Positions 19,680 through 27,324 of a stretch of 64,000 bases of DNA are shown here, piece after piece. The stretch's first letter is position 1. Each line of letters opens with the position of its first letter. A program made the position numbers and the translations under genes. Source of the stretch: a virus (lineage: Duplodnaviria > Heunggongvirae > Uroviricota > Caudoviricetes); the IMG/VR virus record IMGVR_UViG_2974695582_000001, positions 46,918 to 110,917 of that record. One strand, written 5' to 3'. Under the pieces are notes generated by a model. That model worked only from the letters and a program-made list of their open reading frames with translations, made no database searches and was not told the DNA's origin.

Positions 19680-20183
19680 ATGAATGACATAATGACACGC
19701 GAGGACCTAATCCTTGCGATTGAGGCTAGAGACGGTTTAGACTGTTTCTTGTGTAAGAAGCCTTTTCTTGAAGGTGAAGAGGTTACTATTGACCACTGGT
19801 ACCCACAGTCTGTAGCATATGCAGAGGGTTGGACGTATGAGCAGGTTAATGACCTTTCTAACCTTAGGAAGGCTCACAGACTCTGCAACACTCAAAAGAG
19901 TGACCTTGTTCCAAATCCTGATGGTACGCTTCCTGAGCGTCCACGCAAGGATAGAACAATCAGGGTGCCTCGTCCAATGTCATGTGATACCTGCATGAAT
20001 GGTAGGATTCTTCTTCTTGGAGAATTCTGTCCGGATTGTAATTCTGGACCACAGCCAGCAAAGTTTCCTAAGACTTTGCAGAAGAGACCAAAGGAGTGTG
20101 ACCACTCAAGGTTCCACTGCTGGATGTGTGTAATTGGACATATCCCTCGCAAGTCTGCAATAGAAGCGATAATTACTGGTTGA
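19680..20183 (+). CDS. HNH endonuclease
   Basis: HNH motif TIDHWYPQS...NLRKAHRLCNTQK, with C-terminal CxxC pairs. Confidence 0.7.
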   Translation: MNDIMTREDLILAIEARDGLDCFLCKKPFLEGEEVTIDHWYPQSVAYAEGWTYEQVNDLSNLRKAHRLCNTQKSDLVPNPDGTLPERPRKDRTIRVPRPMSCDTCMNGRILLLGEFCPDCNSGPQPAKFPKTLQKRPKECDHSRFHCWMCVIGHIPRKSAIEAIITG

Positions 20184-20185
20184 GC

Positions 20186-20213
20186 TTGACACCCCAGTCG
20201 TCAAGTGATAAGG
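20186..20213 (+). promoter_or_regulatory. promoter TTGACAC-N-TGaTAAGGT (extended -10)
   Basis: -35 at 20186-20191. Extended -10 TGATAAGGT. Precedes tRNA-Gln. A near-identical promoter sits at 21168. Confidence 0.45.
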
Positions 20214-20286
20214 TAGTAACACGCCTTAAGGAACCGGCGATAATGTTCCTCGCAGTTACATCTCTGCGACAGCAAAAGATGGCAAT

Positions 20287-20359
20287 GCTCGCTAGCACAA
20301 TTGGCAGTTGCACTCCGCTCTGGACGGAGAGGTTCCAGGTTCGAATCCTGGGCGGGCAG
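20287..20359 (+). tRNA. tRNA-Gln (anticodon CTG)
   Basis: Acceptor tgctcgc/gcgggca. Anticodon stem ctccg/cggag with loop ctctgga. T-arm ccagg-ttcgaat-cctgg. Confidence 0.5.
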
Positions 20360-20387
20360 CAAGGTTGGTGAACCTTAAAATCACTTA

Positions 20388-20458
20388 TGCGTCCGTAGTG
20401 TAGTGGTAGCACACGAGCTTCCAAACCTCTTAGTCCGGGTTCGATTCCTGGCGGGCGT
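20388..20458 (+). tRNA. tRNA-Trp-like (anticodon CCA, weak anticodon stem)
   Basis: Acceptor gcgtccg/cgggcgt. D gtgt-agtggta-gcac. Loop ttccaaa. T-arm ccggg-ttcgatt-cctgg. Confidence 0.4.
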
Positions 20459-20589
20459 GCTTGTAAGGAGGTGTTACGATGAGGCGTATCAAAGCGCTAA
20501 TCAAGACACTAGTTGCTTCTAAGTTGTTCAAGGTAGCCCTTGACAAGTGGAAGCAAAGGAAGTATCGTAGTAATAAGTAAGAACAACGT

Positions 20590-20713
20590 TTTCGGGTCGG
20601 CAGGATGAGGGTTATCTAACCTACTATAAATTACACGCAATGGTAATTCCTGGTGGATTCCAGGGAGTGTGGTGACTATAACACTATCTCCCTCGCCAAT
20701 CACATATCCGAAT
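20590..20713 (+). ncRNA. Y RNA-like ncRNA (Ro60-binding type), locus 1
   Basis: 5' ttCGGGTCGGcaGGATGAGGGTTATCTAACc resembles the hY RNA GGUCCGAUGGUAGUGGGUUAUC motif. 3' cCCTCgccaatcaCATATCCGaat can pair with the 5' end. A TTGACA-N-TAGTAA promoter sits at 20550-20578. Confidence 0.5.
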
Positions 20714-20717
20714 ACAT

Positions 20718-20792
20718 TGGGGTATAGCTCGGTCTGGTGAGAGCACTCCGCTGATAACGGAGCGGTCGTGGGTTCAAATCCCACTGCCCCAA
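20718..20792 (+). tRNA. tRNA-Ile (anticodon GAT)
   Basis: Acceptor tggggta/tgcccca. Anticodon stem ctccg/cggag with loop ctgataa. T-arm gtggg-ttcaaat-cccac. Confidence 0.6.
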
Positions 20793-20793
20793 C

Positions 20794-20897
20794 TTTATGG
20801 GTCGGATGGAAACCTTTATCATAAGTTCAACTCTTATTATTCCCGCTCATGGGAATAGGGCGTGGTGCCCACTGGTTTACTGCAACATACCCATTAT
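20794..20897 (+). ncRNA. Y RNA-like ncRNA, locus 2
   Basis: 5' tttATGGGTCGGATGGaaacctttatca. 3' cATACCCATtat is complementary to the 5' end. Lies between tRNA-Ile and tRNA-Ser. Confidence 0.4.
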
Positions 20898-20984
20898 GGA
20901 AGGTCAATCCGATTGGCGACGGAACTTGTCTTGAAAACAAGCGAGGTGTGAAAGCCCTTAGGAGTTCGACTCTCCTACCTTCCG
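20898..20984 (+). tRNA. tRNA-Ser (anticodon TGA), type II
   Basis: Acceptor ggaaggt/accttcc (perfect). Anticodon stem cttgt/acaag with loop cttgaaa. Long variable arm. T-arm aggag-ttcgact-ctcct. Confidence 0.6.
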
Positions 20985-21167
20985 CTTTACCCTAAGGAGT
21001 AAAATTGACTGAGACAGAAAATGTCGGTCCTTCTTCCTATCAGCTAGCAATCATCCTTGCGCTTCAGAGCAAGCATGTGTATGCTAATACGGTAGATGAG
21101 AATGAGATTGCAAGACGACGTAAGGCAAGCAAGAGGGCGCGACTACAGCGCAGAGTAAATAGAAGGC

Positions 21168-21196
21168 TTGACACGACACGTCGCTCATGATAAGGT
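21168..21196 (+). promoter_or_regulatory. promoter TTGACAC-N17-TGaTAAGGT
   Basis: Same architecture as the 20186 promoter. Precedes tRNA-Asp. Confidence 0.45.
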
Positions 21197-21274
21197 TTTA
21201 ACAGTGCTGAGGGACCGGATGATTTCAGGTAGCACGCTGGTTGGGTATTTCCAGTCCTCACAAAATTCCCACAT

Positions 21275-21351
21275 GCCTCGTGGGGTTGCTAGGTTGTGGC
21301 CACTCCCCTGTCAAGGGAGACATCAGGCGGGTTCGATTCCCGTACGGGGCG
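21275..21351 (+). tRNA. tRNA-Asp (anticodon GTC), atypical D and variable regions
   Basis: Acceptor gcctcgt/acggggc. Anticodon stem ctccc/gggag with loop ctgtcaa. T-arm gcggg-ttcgatt-cccgt. Confidence 0.45.
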
Positions 21352-21376
21352 CTTTCGTAAATGAACAAAAGGAGTT

Positions 21377-21586
21377 ATGCTGATGGCAGCACGAGTTAAG
21401 AAGTTTGACCTTGTTGAGCTTGACAAGGACGGCTGGTTCTCTGCTAAGGTTAGTGGAAAGTTCCGGGGTCTGGTCGAGAAGACTGGACGAAGCAATTACA
21501 CACTTCATCTTGGCAAGGATGATGTAACTAACTTCAAGACTAAGAAGGCTCTTGAGACTTGGCTCACCGAGAAGTGGGCAGTTTAA
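21377..21586 (+). CDS. hypothetical protein
   Basis: 69-aa ORF after AAGGAG SD. Confidence 0.45.
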   Translation: MLMAARVKKFDLVELDKDGWFSAKVSGKFRGLVEKTGRSNYTLHLGKDDVTNFKTKKALETWLTEKWAV

Positions 21587-21610
21587 GTAAAACAACAAAA
21601 TATTGAAAGC

Positions 21611-21683
21611 GTTCGGGTCGGATGCATTCGTTTATCACTCATTGGCGACTAAATAACGATTGCTCTAACATATCCGTGCACAA
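21611..21683 (+). ncRNA. Y RNA-like ncRNA, locus 3 (compact, about 70 nt)
   Basis: 5' gTTCGGGTCGGATGcattcGTTTATCACTCATTGg resembles hY1 GUUAUCUCAAUUG. 3' aaCATATCCGtgcac pairs with the 5' CGGAT. Confidence 0.5.
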
Positions 21684-21687
21684 CTTC

Positions 21688-21849
21688 TAGCCCCTAAAGA
21701 TTTCGGGTCGGATGTTCTTTGGTTAACTCAATTGGAATGAAAAGTTCTGGGTTCGAATCCCAGCGGGTCCACTCTTGGGCCTGTAGTTTAACTGGCAAAA
21801 CTAAAACCCGAGGAACGCTTATATATCCGTGATTATCTTTAGGGGCTAA
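21688..21849 (+). ncRNA. YrlA-like Y RNA with embedded tRNA-like module, locus 4
   Basis: 13-bp terminal stem TAGCCCCTAAAGA/TCTTTAGGGGCTA. Inner TTCGGGTCGGATG...GGTTAACTCAATTGGAATG Y motif. tRNA-like T-arm ctgggttcgaatcccag followed by cgggtcc. 3' partner tATATATCCGtga. Followed by AAGCTT. Confidence 0.55.
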
Positions 21850-21874
21850 GCTTTTGTCTAGAAAAGGAGAGACA

Positions 21875-22060
21875 ATGCCTCGCTACGAAAAGAAGCCCAA
21901 GATTAATGCCAACCTGGTTAAGCGCTATGACGAGGAGTATTACCGAGTGCTTGACGACAACGAAATGATGCTGCTAAAGTGTAAGGGCAATGTTCGGCCT
22001 GAGGGTCGGATGCAGGAAACCAAGACGCATATCATCAGCTATTACATTGAGGTGGATTAA
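21875..22060 (+). CDS. hypothetical protein
   Basis: ATG after AAAAGGAGAG SD. 61 aa. Confidence 0.45.
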   Translation: MPRYEKKPKINANLVKRYDEEYYRVLDDNEMMLLKCKGNVRPEGRMQETKTHIISYYIEVD

Positions 22061-22426
22061 ATGTTGAACTGGCTAGGCCAGGATGTTAAGGTTGGCTCTG
22101 TAGTTTTTCGCGGGGCTCGACAAGGAAACTCTTCCAGTCACAAGATTGGTGTGGTAGAGTCTATTAACGAGAAGACGCGAAAGGCTCGGGTTGCCTGGAA
22201 GTACGAATGTGGTGGTCAGTGGATTCGACCTGATGGGGAAAAGCCCTACTTTGTTGAAGGCCCTTACAAGTTGAGTGACAAGTCAAAGGGGAGTCCTGAC
22301 GTTGGTCCTCTTGTGGTTGTACCTCATGGCCTGCTAGCATCAGCAGAGAACATGATTCAGGGAGTCGAAATGGCCAAGGCACAGAATGTTCCCGCTTCCG
22401 AGTTTGACAACTTTGTTCAAATCTAA
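22061..22426 (+). CDS. hypothetical protein
   Basis: 121-aa ORF. Confidence 0.45.
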   Translation: MLNWLGQDVKVGSVVFRGARQGNSSSHKIGVVESINEKTRKARVAWKYECGGQWIRPDGEKPYFVEGPYKLSDKSKGSPDVGPLVVVPHGLLASAENMIQGVEMAKAQNVPASEFDNFVQI

Positions 22427-22498
22427 TTGAATAGCCGGATGGTCTCCGGCAAGCTTCTAACAACAATATGCCCAGTTTGGGCCGAAAGGATATATAAA

Positions 22499-24115
22499 AT
22501 GTCTAATGCACTTGGTAAGTACGCCGGTAGCCAGAAGGCTGCAAAGGTTGCGACTCCTCAGACAAAGCGGACTCCGGGCCGTACGGATGAGGTAAAGAAC
22601 AACGCGGGCGGGTTTGTGTTTAAGGTTGACGACAAGTCTCGACTTGAGCGTTTCCTTATCCTTGGTACTGATAAGGGTACCTACTACGTTGGTGAGCAGA
22701 AGTTGACGGCTCAGAACGTTTCTTTCCTGAAGAACCTGGTTCAGAAGGATGAGCGTCTGGTTGTGGACACGCTTGTTGACGTTTCTGTAAATGGTCGTGC
22801 GCTTAAGAATTCTCCTGCGCTGTTCGCTCTGGCCACGGTTATGACGGAGGGCAAGGATAAGGCTTACGCTCGTGAGGCCGTTCAGAAGGTTGCTCGTACT
22901 TCTACCCACCTTTTCGAGTACGCACAGTACATCGATGACCTGGGTGGTTGGGGTCGTGCAAAGCGTCGTTCTGTCGCTGAGTGGTACGAGAACAAGTCTC
23001 TGGATACGCTTGCGTATCAGGCTGTTAAGTACCGTCAGAGGAATGGTTGGACGCACCGTGACCTGTTCCGTCTGTCTCACCCTCAGGGTGTGGACCAGGG
23101 TGTTGGTAACTTCATCCTTGGTAAGGACGCAGAGTCTGAGGTGGAAATTCTTAAGGGCTTCGCTGAGATGCAGTCTGCGACTTCGGTCAAGGACGTTATC
23201 AAGACGCTGGAGACTTTTAAGAACCTTCCGTGGGAGACCATCCCTACTCAGTTCCTCAAGGACGTGAAGGTGTGGAAGACTCTCTTCTACAATGGTCAGC
23301 TTCGTGGCCAGGCTCTCATTCGCAACATCACTCGACTCGCTCGAATTGGTGCGTTTGATGACATGGTTTTCGCAACTGACTACGCGAATGCAATTGCTAA
23401 CCAGGAAATGATTCAGAAGACTCGTCTTCACCCAATCAACTTCCTGAATGCGGTTGTTGTTCATGAGTACGGTCAGATTGACCGTAACGGCTACAGCATG
23501 TGGAGTGCCGGACGTAAGAAGGATTGGAAGTCTAATGGAAAGATTGTGGATGCTCTCAATGAGGGATTCCACATGGCGTTCAAGGCTGTCGAGCCTTCTG
23601 GCAAGAGGACTCTTGTTGCGACTGACGTTTCTGGCTCAATGAGTCAGAGCGCTATCGGACTCGACCTTTCTTGTGCTCAGGTTTCTGCGGCTGTTGCTAT
23701 GACGGTTGCTCGCACCGAGCCTTACAGTGACATTGTTGGCTTCTCTAGCAGCATTGTTGACTTGGGTATTACCGCAAAGAGTTCTTTTGCCGACGCAATG
23801 CGTAAGGTGAGTAACAGGAACTTCGGTGGTACGGATGCGGCTGCTGCAATTAAGTACGCTGACCAGAAGGGAATTCAGGTTGACACCTTCGTCGTTATCA
23901 CTGATAACGAGACGTGGGGCGGAAGCCAGAAGCCTTTCCAGGCACTTAAGCAGTACCGTCAGAAGACCGGAATCGATGCGCGTCTAGCGGTTCTTGGTGT
24001 TGCGTCTACGGACTTCAGCATCGCTGACCCAACTGACCGTGGTATGATGGACTTCGTTGGTTTCGATGCCAATGCGCCAAGGGCTCTTGCAGACTTCAGC
24101 GCTGGTCGTATCTGA
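22499..24115 (+). CDS. rsr: Ro60/TROVE-domain ribonucleoprotein (Rsr ortholog) with C-terminal vWA/MIDAS
   Basis: Direct similarity to the Ro60 TROVE core: RLERFLILGTDKGTYYVGEQKL versus human [22 protein letters not shown], plus PALFALA. vWA MIDAS motif VATDVSGSMS. About 538 aa from ATG 22499. Confidence 0.9.
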   Translation: MSNALGKYAGSQKAAKVATPQTKRTPGRTDEVKNNAGGFVFKVDDKSRLERFLILGTDKGTYYVGEQKLTAQNVSFLKNLVQKDERLVVDTLVDVSVNGRALKNSPALFALATVMTEGKDKAYAREAVQKVARTSTHLFEYAQYIDDLGGWGRAKRRSVAEWYENKSLDTLAYQAVKYRQRNGWTHRDLFRLSHPQGVDQGVGNFILGKDAESEVEILKGFAEMQSATSVKDVIKTLETFKNLPWETIPTQFLKDVKVWKTLFYNGQLRGQALIRNITRLARIGAFDDMVFATDYANAIANQEMIQKTRLHPINFLNAVVVHEYGQIDRNGYSMWSAGRKKDWKSNGKIVDALNEGFHMAFKAVEPSGKRTLVATDVSGSMSQSAIGLDLSCAQVSAAVAMTVARTEPYSDIVGFSSSIVDLGITAKSSFADAMRKVSNRNFGGTDAAAAIKYADQKGIQVDTFVVITDNETWGGSQKPFQALKQYRQKTGIDARLAVLGVASTDFSIADPTDRGMMDFVGFDANAPRALADFSAGRI

Positions 24116-24167
24116 AACACTGCCCCCTCTTCGGAGGGGGCAAGCTTGTTTAAGGAGAAACATTTGA

Positions 24168-25118
24168 ATGTTTATGTACAATGATGTAATGGTAAATTAT
24201 CAGCAAAGAGTTGAGCATGATTATATGGACTTCTATGGAGATAGCTTTATGTCTCCAATGAAGTTGAATACGATGTCTCGTGTGGTCCACATCCTTGAAG
24301 TGAGAAGCTTGGATGTTGAGGTTACAGTCAACTGTGAGACTGGTTACGGCTTTTCTACGGCGGTGGTAATTTCAACGCTACTGGCAGCCCTGAAAAATAT
24401 TGATGATGGCTTCATTTACAATCTAGCTCGTAAGAAGATGGAATCTCAGATGGGGTTTCAGGTTGACGATTTGATTCCTGGCTATGTTGCTAAGCCAACT
24501 GACGTAAGTTACAGTATGGACGGTGGAACGAGTTGGGATTTCACCATTGTTGCTTCTGTATGTCGTGGCCCCATTCAAAAGCCCAATCTGGTTTTGATTA
24601 AGCAAGAGGACAAGTTCGGTGGCCTTGTTTTGAGACTCGAATATTATTCCGGGGTTCACAAGGGATACATCGAAATGGATGTAGATGAAGACATTATGAT
24701 TAATGGAAGTCAAGCCATGCTTCAGCAGGCTCAAGAGCTTCTATGGATTAGGGCATATGAGAAGATGCCTATGCTTGCACCAGACCTTTCCTATATGAGA
24801 TACACTGAAGGTTTGCTAAATGGAGGAAAGTATCATACTGGAAAGTATCAGGCTCCGAAGGCTGACCCTTATTTCTCAGGTCCACTTGCACAACCGGCCA
24901 AAAAGGCGTATGGTGGTAAGGACAAGAGGGTTGATGAATTGCCGGGTGTCAAGGAAATGGTAAAGCATCCTGTAACTGGTAGTCGTGATACCCTGGAGAG
25001 AGTCATCATTAGTTTGAATGACTCATATGATTGGTCAAGAGAAGAAATCGCGGATTGGCTTGAGACTCTTGACATTGATATTACCTTTAAGACTAAGGAG
25101 ATAAATGAACAAGATTGA
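24168..25118 (+). CDS. hypothetical protein
   Basis: 316-aa ORF with AAGGAGAAA SD. Confidence 0.5.
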   Translation: MFMYNDVMVNYQQRVEHDYMDFYGDSFMSPMKLNTMSRVVHILEVRSLDVEVTVNCETGYGFSTAVVISTLLAALKNIDDGFIYNLARKKMESQMGFQVDDLIPGYVAKPTDVSYSMDGGTSWDFTIVASVCRGPIQKPNLVLIKQEDKFGGLVLRLEYYSGVHKGYIEMDVDEDIMINGSQAMLQQAQELLWIRAYEKMPMLAPDLSYMRYTEGLLNGGKYHTGKYQAPKADPYFSGPLAQPAKKAYGGKDKRVDELPGVKEMVKHPVTGSRDTLERVIISLNDSYDWSREEIADWLETLDIDITFKTKEINEQD

Positions 25119-25311
25119 CGAGAAGGCTGAGGAGCTTAAGAAGACCATTGACGAGATTGGTATGTCGGTATACACTGGCTACACTCTTGCTGATGCTATT
25201 CGTGAAGGTTCTTCTGTTTCCGAGAAGGAACGTGGTTGGGGAGATGGCGCAACTGCATGTGCTCTGACCGCCGCTGTGATTGGTGCTAAGTCTCGTGGCT
25301 ATGTCGATTGA
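25105..25311 (+). CDS. hypothetical protein
   Basis: 68-aa ORF after AAGGAG. Confidence 0.45.
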   Translation: MNKIDEKAEELKKTIDEIGMSVYTGYTLADAIREGSSVSEKERGWGDGATACALTAAVIGAKSRGYVD

Positions 25312-25405
25312 CATTAGCTGGGTCAGATGATAGTATGTAGTTAGTTGGTCGGGTAGCAGTGGTACTGCTCATAAAGTAGTCCCCTTTGGGACATGCCTGA
25401 CTTAT

Positions 25406-25478
25406 GGTCCCGTAGCTCAGTGGATAGAGCAACGGCTTGCGGAGCCGTGTGTCGGAGGTTCGAATCCTCTCGGGACTA
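25406..25478 (+). tRNA. tRNA-Arg (anticodon GCG)
   Basis: Acceptor ggtcccg/cgggact. D tagctcagtggatagagc. Anticodon stem acggc/gccgt with loop ttgcgga. T-arm ggagg-ttcgaat-cctct. Confidence 0.5.
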
Positions 25479-25482
25479 CTTT

Positions 25483-25556
25483 GCCCCTGTATTGGCCCGG
25501 TCTTCTAAACCAGAGGTGCATAACGGATGATGCTGGTTCGAATCCAGTCGGGGGTG
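25483..25556 (+). ncRNA. tRNA-like element (acceptor + T-arm, non-canonical D/anticodon region)
   Basis: Acceptor gcccctg/cgggggt. T-arm gctgg-ttcgaat-ccagt. No canonical anticodon arm could be folded. Confidence 0.3.
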
Positions 25557-25667
25557 CGCTATGAAAATGCTGCGAAAGAACTCTTCTTGGCAAAATTGGT
25601 CCAAGACATATGGCAGTCCTAGAAAAAGAAACGATAGGGCTTTTGAAAAGAGGCAGTGGGTGAGAGA

Positions 25668-25835
25668 ATGCCAGAGCGAAAGCTGACGGTATATTATGAA
25701 CTGAGTGATTCGGTAGATGAAGATGCTTTCTTTGAGCATGTTCATCAATTTTTTTGTAAAAATCCGAATGACCCTGAGGTGGAAGATTGTCCACTTTACG
25801 CAATGACAGCGCAGGACGTAGTTGAGGAAGAATAA
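25668..25835 (+). CDS. hypothetical small acidic protein
   Basis: 55 aa after GGTGAGAG. Confidence 0.3.
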   Translation: MPERKLTVYYELSDSVDEDAFFEHVHQFFCKNPNDPEVEDCPLYAMTAQDVVEEE

Positions 25836-25848
25836 TAGGCGTGCTATC

Positions 25849-26442
25849 ATGAGACTAAGAAAGTTTCATGGAGGTTGGATGCCAAAGAGAAAGTTTTTCT
25901 ACGATACTGAATTTCATGAAGACGGAAATACCATTGACCTAATTTCAATTGGTATTGTTCGTGGAGATGGAAAAGAATATTATGCAGTATCGTCAGAGGC
26001 AAATTATAAGCGGGTTTATGAGAACAGTTGGCTCATGAATCATGTAATGAATACTATCCCATACATCGTGGTAGAAATTCCAAATGATGGTGGATATACA
26101 ATTATTCCAACTGGTCCTAATGTGAAGACTCGTGCTCAGATTAGGGATGAGATTCTTGACTTCATCGGTGAAAGCCGAGGAGAATTTAATGACCCACATG
26201 GAGAACCGAAGGCAGAGCTTTGGGCGTGGTATGCTGATTATGACCACGTTGCTTTGTGTCAGTTGTTTGGTAAGATGATTGACCTTCCCGAAACCTTGCC
26301 GATGTTCACCAGAGATTTGCGTCAACATTGGGAGTACAAGGGGTATCCTGAGCTTCCAAGACAGCCTGAAGGAGAGCACAATGCTCTTGACGATGCTAGA
26401 CACAATCTGGTAATGTGGAAGTATCTGGAAGGGCTTGATTGA
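25849..26442 (+). CDS. DEDDh 3'-5' exonuclease (RNase T/oligoribonuclease-like)
   Basis: Exo I motif FFYDTEFHEDG. Exo III motif HNALDDARHN (H-x4-D). Confidence 0.7.
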   Translation: MRLRKFHGGWMPKRKFFYDTEFHEDGNTIDLISIGIVRGDGKEYYAVSSEANYKRVYENSWLMNHVMNTIPYIVVEIPNDGGYTIIPTGPNVKTRAQIRDEILDFIGESRGEFNDPHGEPKAELWAWYADYDHVALCQLFGKMIDLPETLPMFTRDLRQHWEYKGYPELPRQPEGEHNALDDARHNLVMWKYLEGLD

Positions 26443-26570
26443 TGTGGAAGAGTACACGCTGACTTTGCAGTTGACTGTTAAGGTCGAAGCACCTAGTCTA
26501 GGAGATGCGCTAGACGCTGTGATGGACACTTTTGGTCCGGGTAGCACATGTGGCGCAGATGTGGTAGAGT

Positions 26571-26795
26571 ATGAGGTACTTAAGCATGTTGAATCTAAGT
26601 GACCTTGAGAAGTCTGGACTGACTGTAAAGAAGTTCTGTGGACTAGACATTCAAGAAAATGTGGGTTGCACGGGAGAGGCTGTTGGTGATATGATTATTG
26701 AGATGGAAGACGAGAAACAAGTATCCATCCCAGTATGTCAGCAACACCTAGACCTGATTCAATCCGAGTTTGACGTCGAGAACCTAAGTATTTGA
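26571..26795 (+). CDS. hypothetical protein
   Basis: 74-aa ORF. Confidence 0.4.
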   Translation: MRYLSMLNLSDLEKSGLTVKKFCGLDIQENVGCTGEAVGDMIIEMEDEKQVSIPVCQQHLDLIQSEFDVENLSI

Positions 26796-26821
26796 CAAGA
26801 CGTACGGACTCTTGCTATGAT
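26792..26821 (+). promoter_or_regulatory. promoter TTGACA-N18-TATGAT
   Basis: -35 at 26792-26797. -10 at 26816-26821. Precedes tRNA-Ala. Confidence 0.45.
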
Positions 26822-26833
26822 AGAAGAGTTCCT

Positions 26834-26908
26834 GGGGGTTTAGCTCATCGTAGGTAGAGCATCTGATTTGCAATCAGAAGGTGGCCGGTTCGAGCCCGGC
26901 AATCTCCA
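26834..26908 (+). tRNA. tRNA-Ala (anticodon TGC)
   Basis: Acceptor gggggtt/aatctcc with G3:U70. Anticodon stem tctga/tcaga with loop tttgcaa. T-arm gccgg-ttcgagc-ccggc. Confidence 0.6.
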
Positions 26909-27012
26909 CTGACCATATTTGGTCTACAAAGGGGGTGTACAGAATGTTGTACACACTACTAGTAATCTTGGTAATCATCGTTATCTTGATGCTTATCTTC
27001 TAAGGAGGTAAG

Positions 27013-27102
27013 ATGAGAGGCAGCGATGTAGTATGGACAATTGCAGGTGTGCTGTTCGCAATTGCTTTGATTGTATGGCTTGCGGACAACGTAAGCTTCT
27101 GA
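27013..27102 (+). CDS. hypothetical 29-aa membrane peptide
   Basis: ATG 6 nt after AAGGAGG. A single hydrophobic helix. Confidence 0.3.
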   Translation: MRGSDVVWTIAGVLFAIALIVWLADNVSF

Positions 27103-27181
27103 TACAGCGAAGCTTGGCTGGACCGATACGAACCCCATCGTATCCTACGAAAGTAGCCCGAGGGTTAGGGACCAGCATTTT

Positions 27182-27254
27182 GCTCCGGTAGCTCAGTTGG
27201 CAGAGCAGGCGGCTCTTAACCGTCGTGTCGGGAGTTCAAGTCTCCCTCGGAGTA
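27182..27254 (+). tRNA. tRNA-Lys (anticodon CTT)
   Basis: Acceptor gctccgg/tcggagt. D tagctcagttggcagagc. Anticodon stem ggcgg/ccgtc with loop ctcttaa. T-arm gggag-ttcaagt-ctccc. Confidence 0.55.
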
Positions 27255-27270
27255 CGTATAATATAATATG

Positions 27271-27302
27271 CCCCCGTTAGAATAATCTGGCGGGGGTTTT
27301 CT
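27271..27302 (+). terminator. Rho-independent terminator
   Basis: CCCCCGttagaataatctggCGGGGGttttctttt. Confidence 0.6.
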
Positions 27303-27324
27303 TTTAACCAAAGGAGAAGTAAAC

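Noticed and set aside
19492-19683. 63-aa + strand ORF
   Set aside because: It overlaps the second tRNA-Pro gene and lacks an SD. The tRNA call was preferred.
22457-23572. 371-aa ORF on the minus strand
   Set aside because: It lies entirely antisense to the well-supported Ro60/TROVE gene. Its composition is low-complexity (Leu/Arg/Ser/Val/Thr-rich), typical of an antisense ORF, and it has no SD. All convincing genes in the window are on the + strand.
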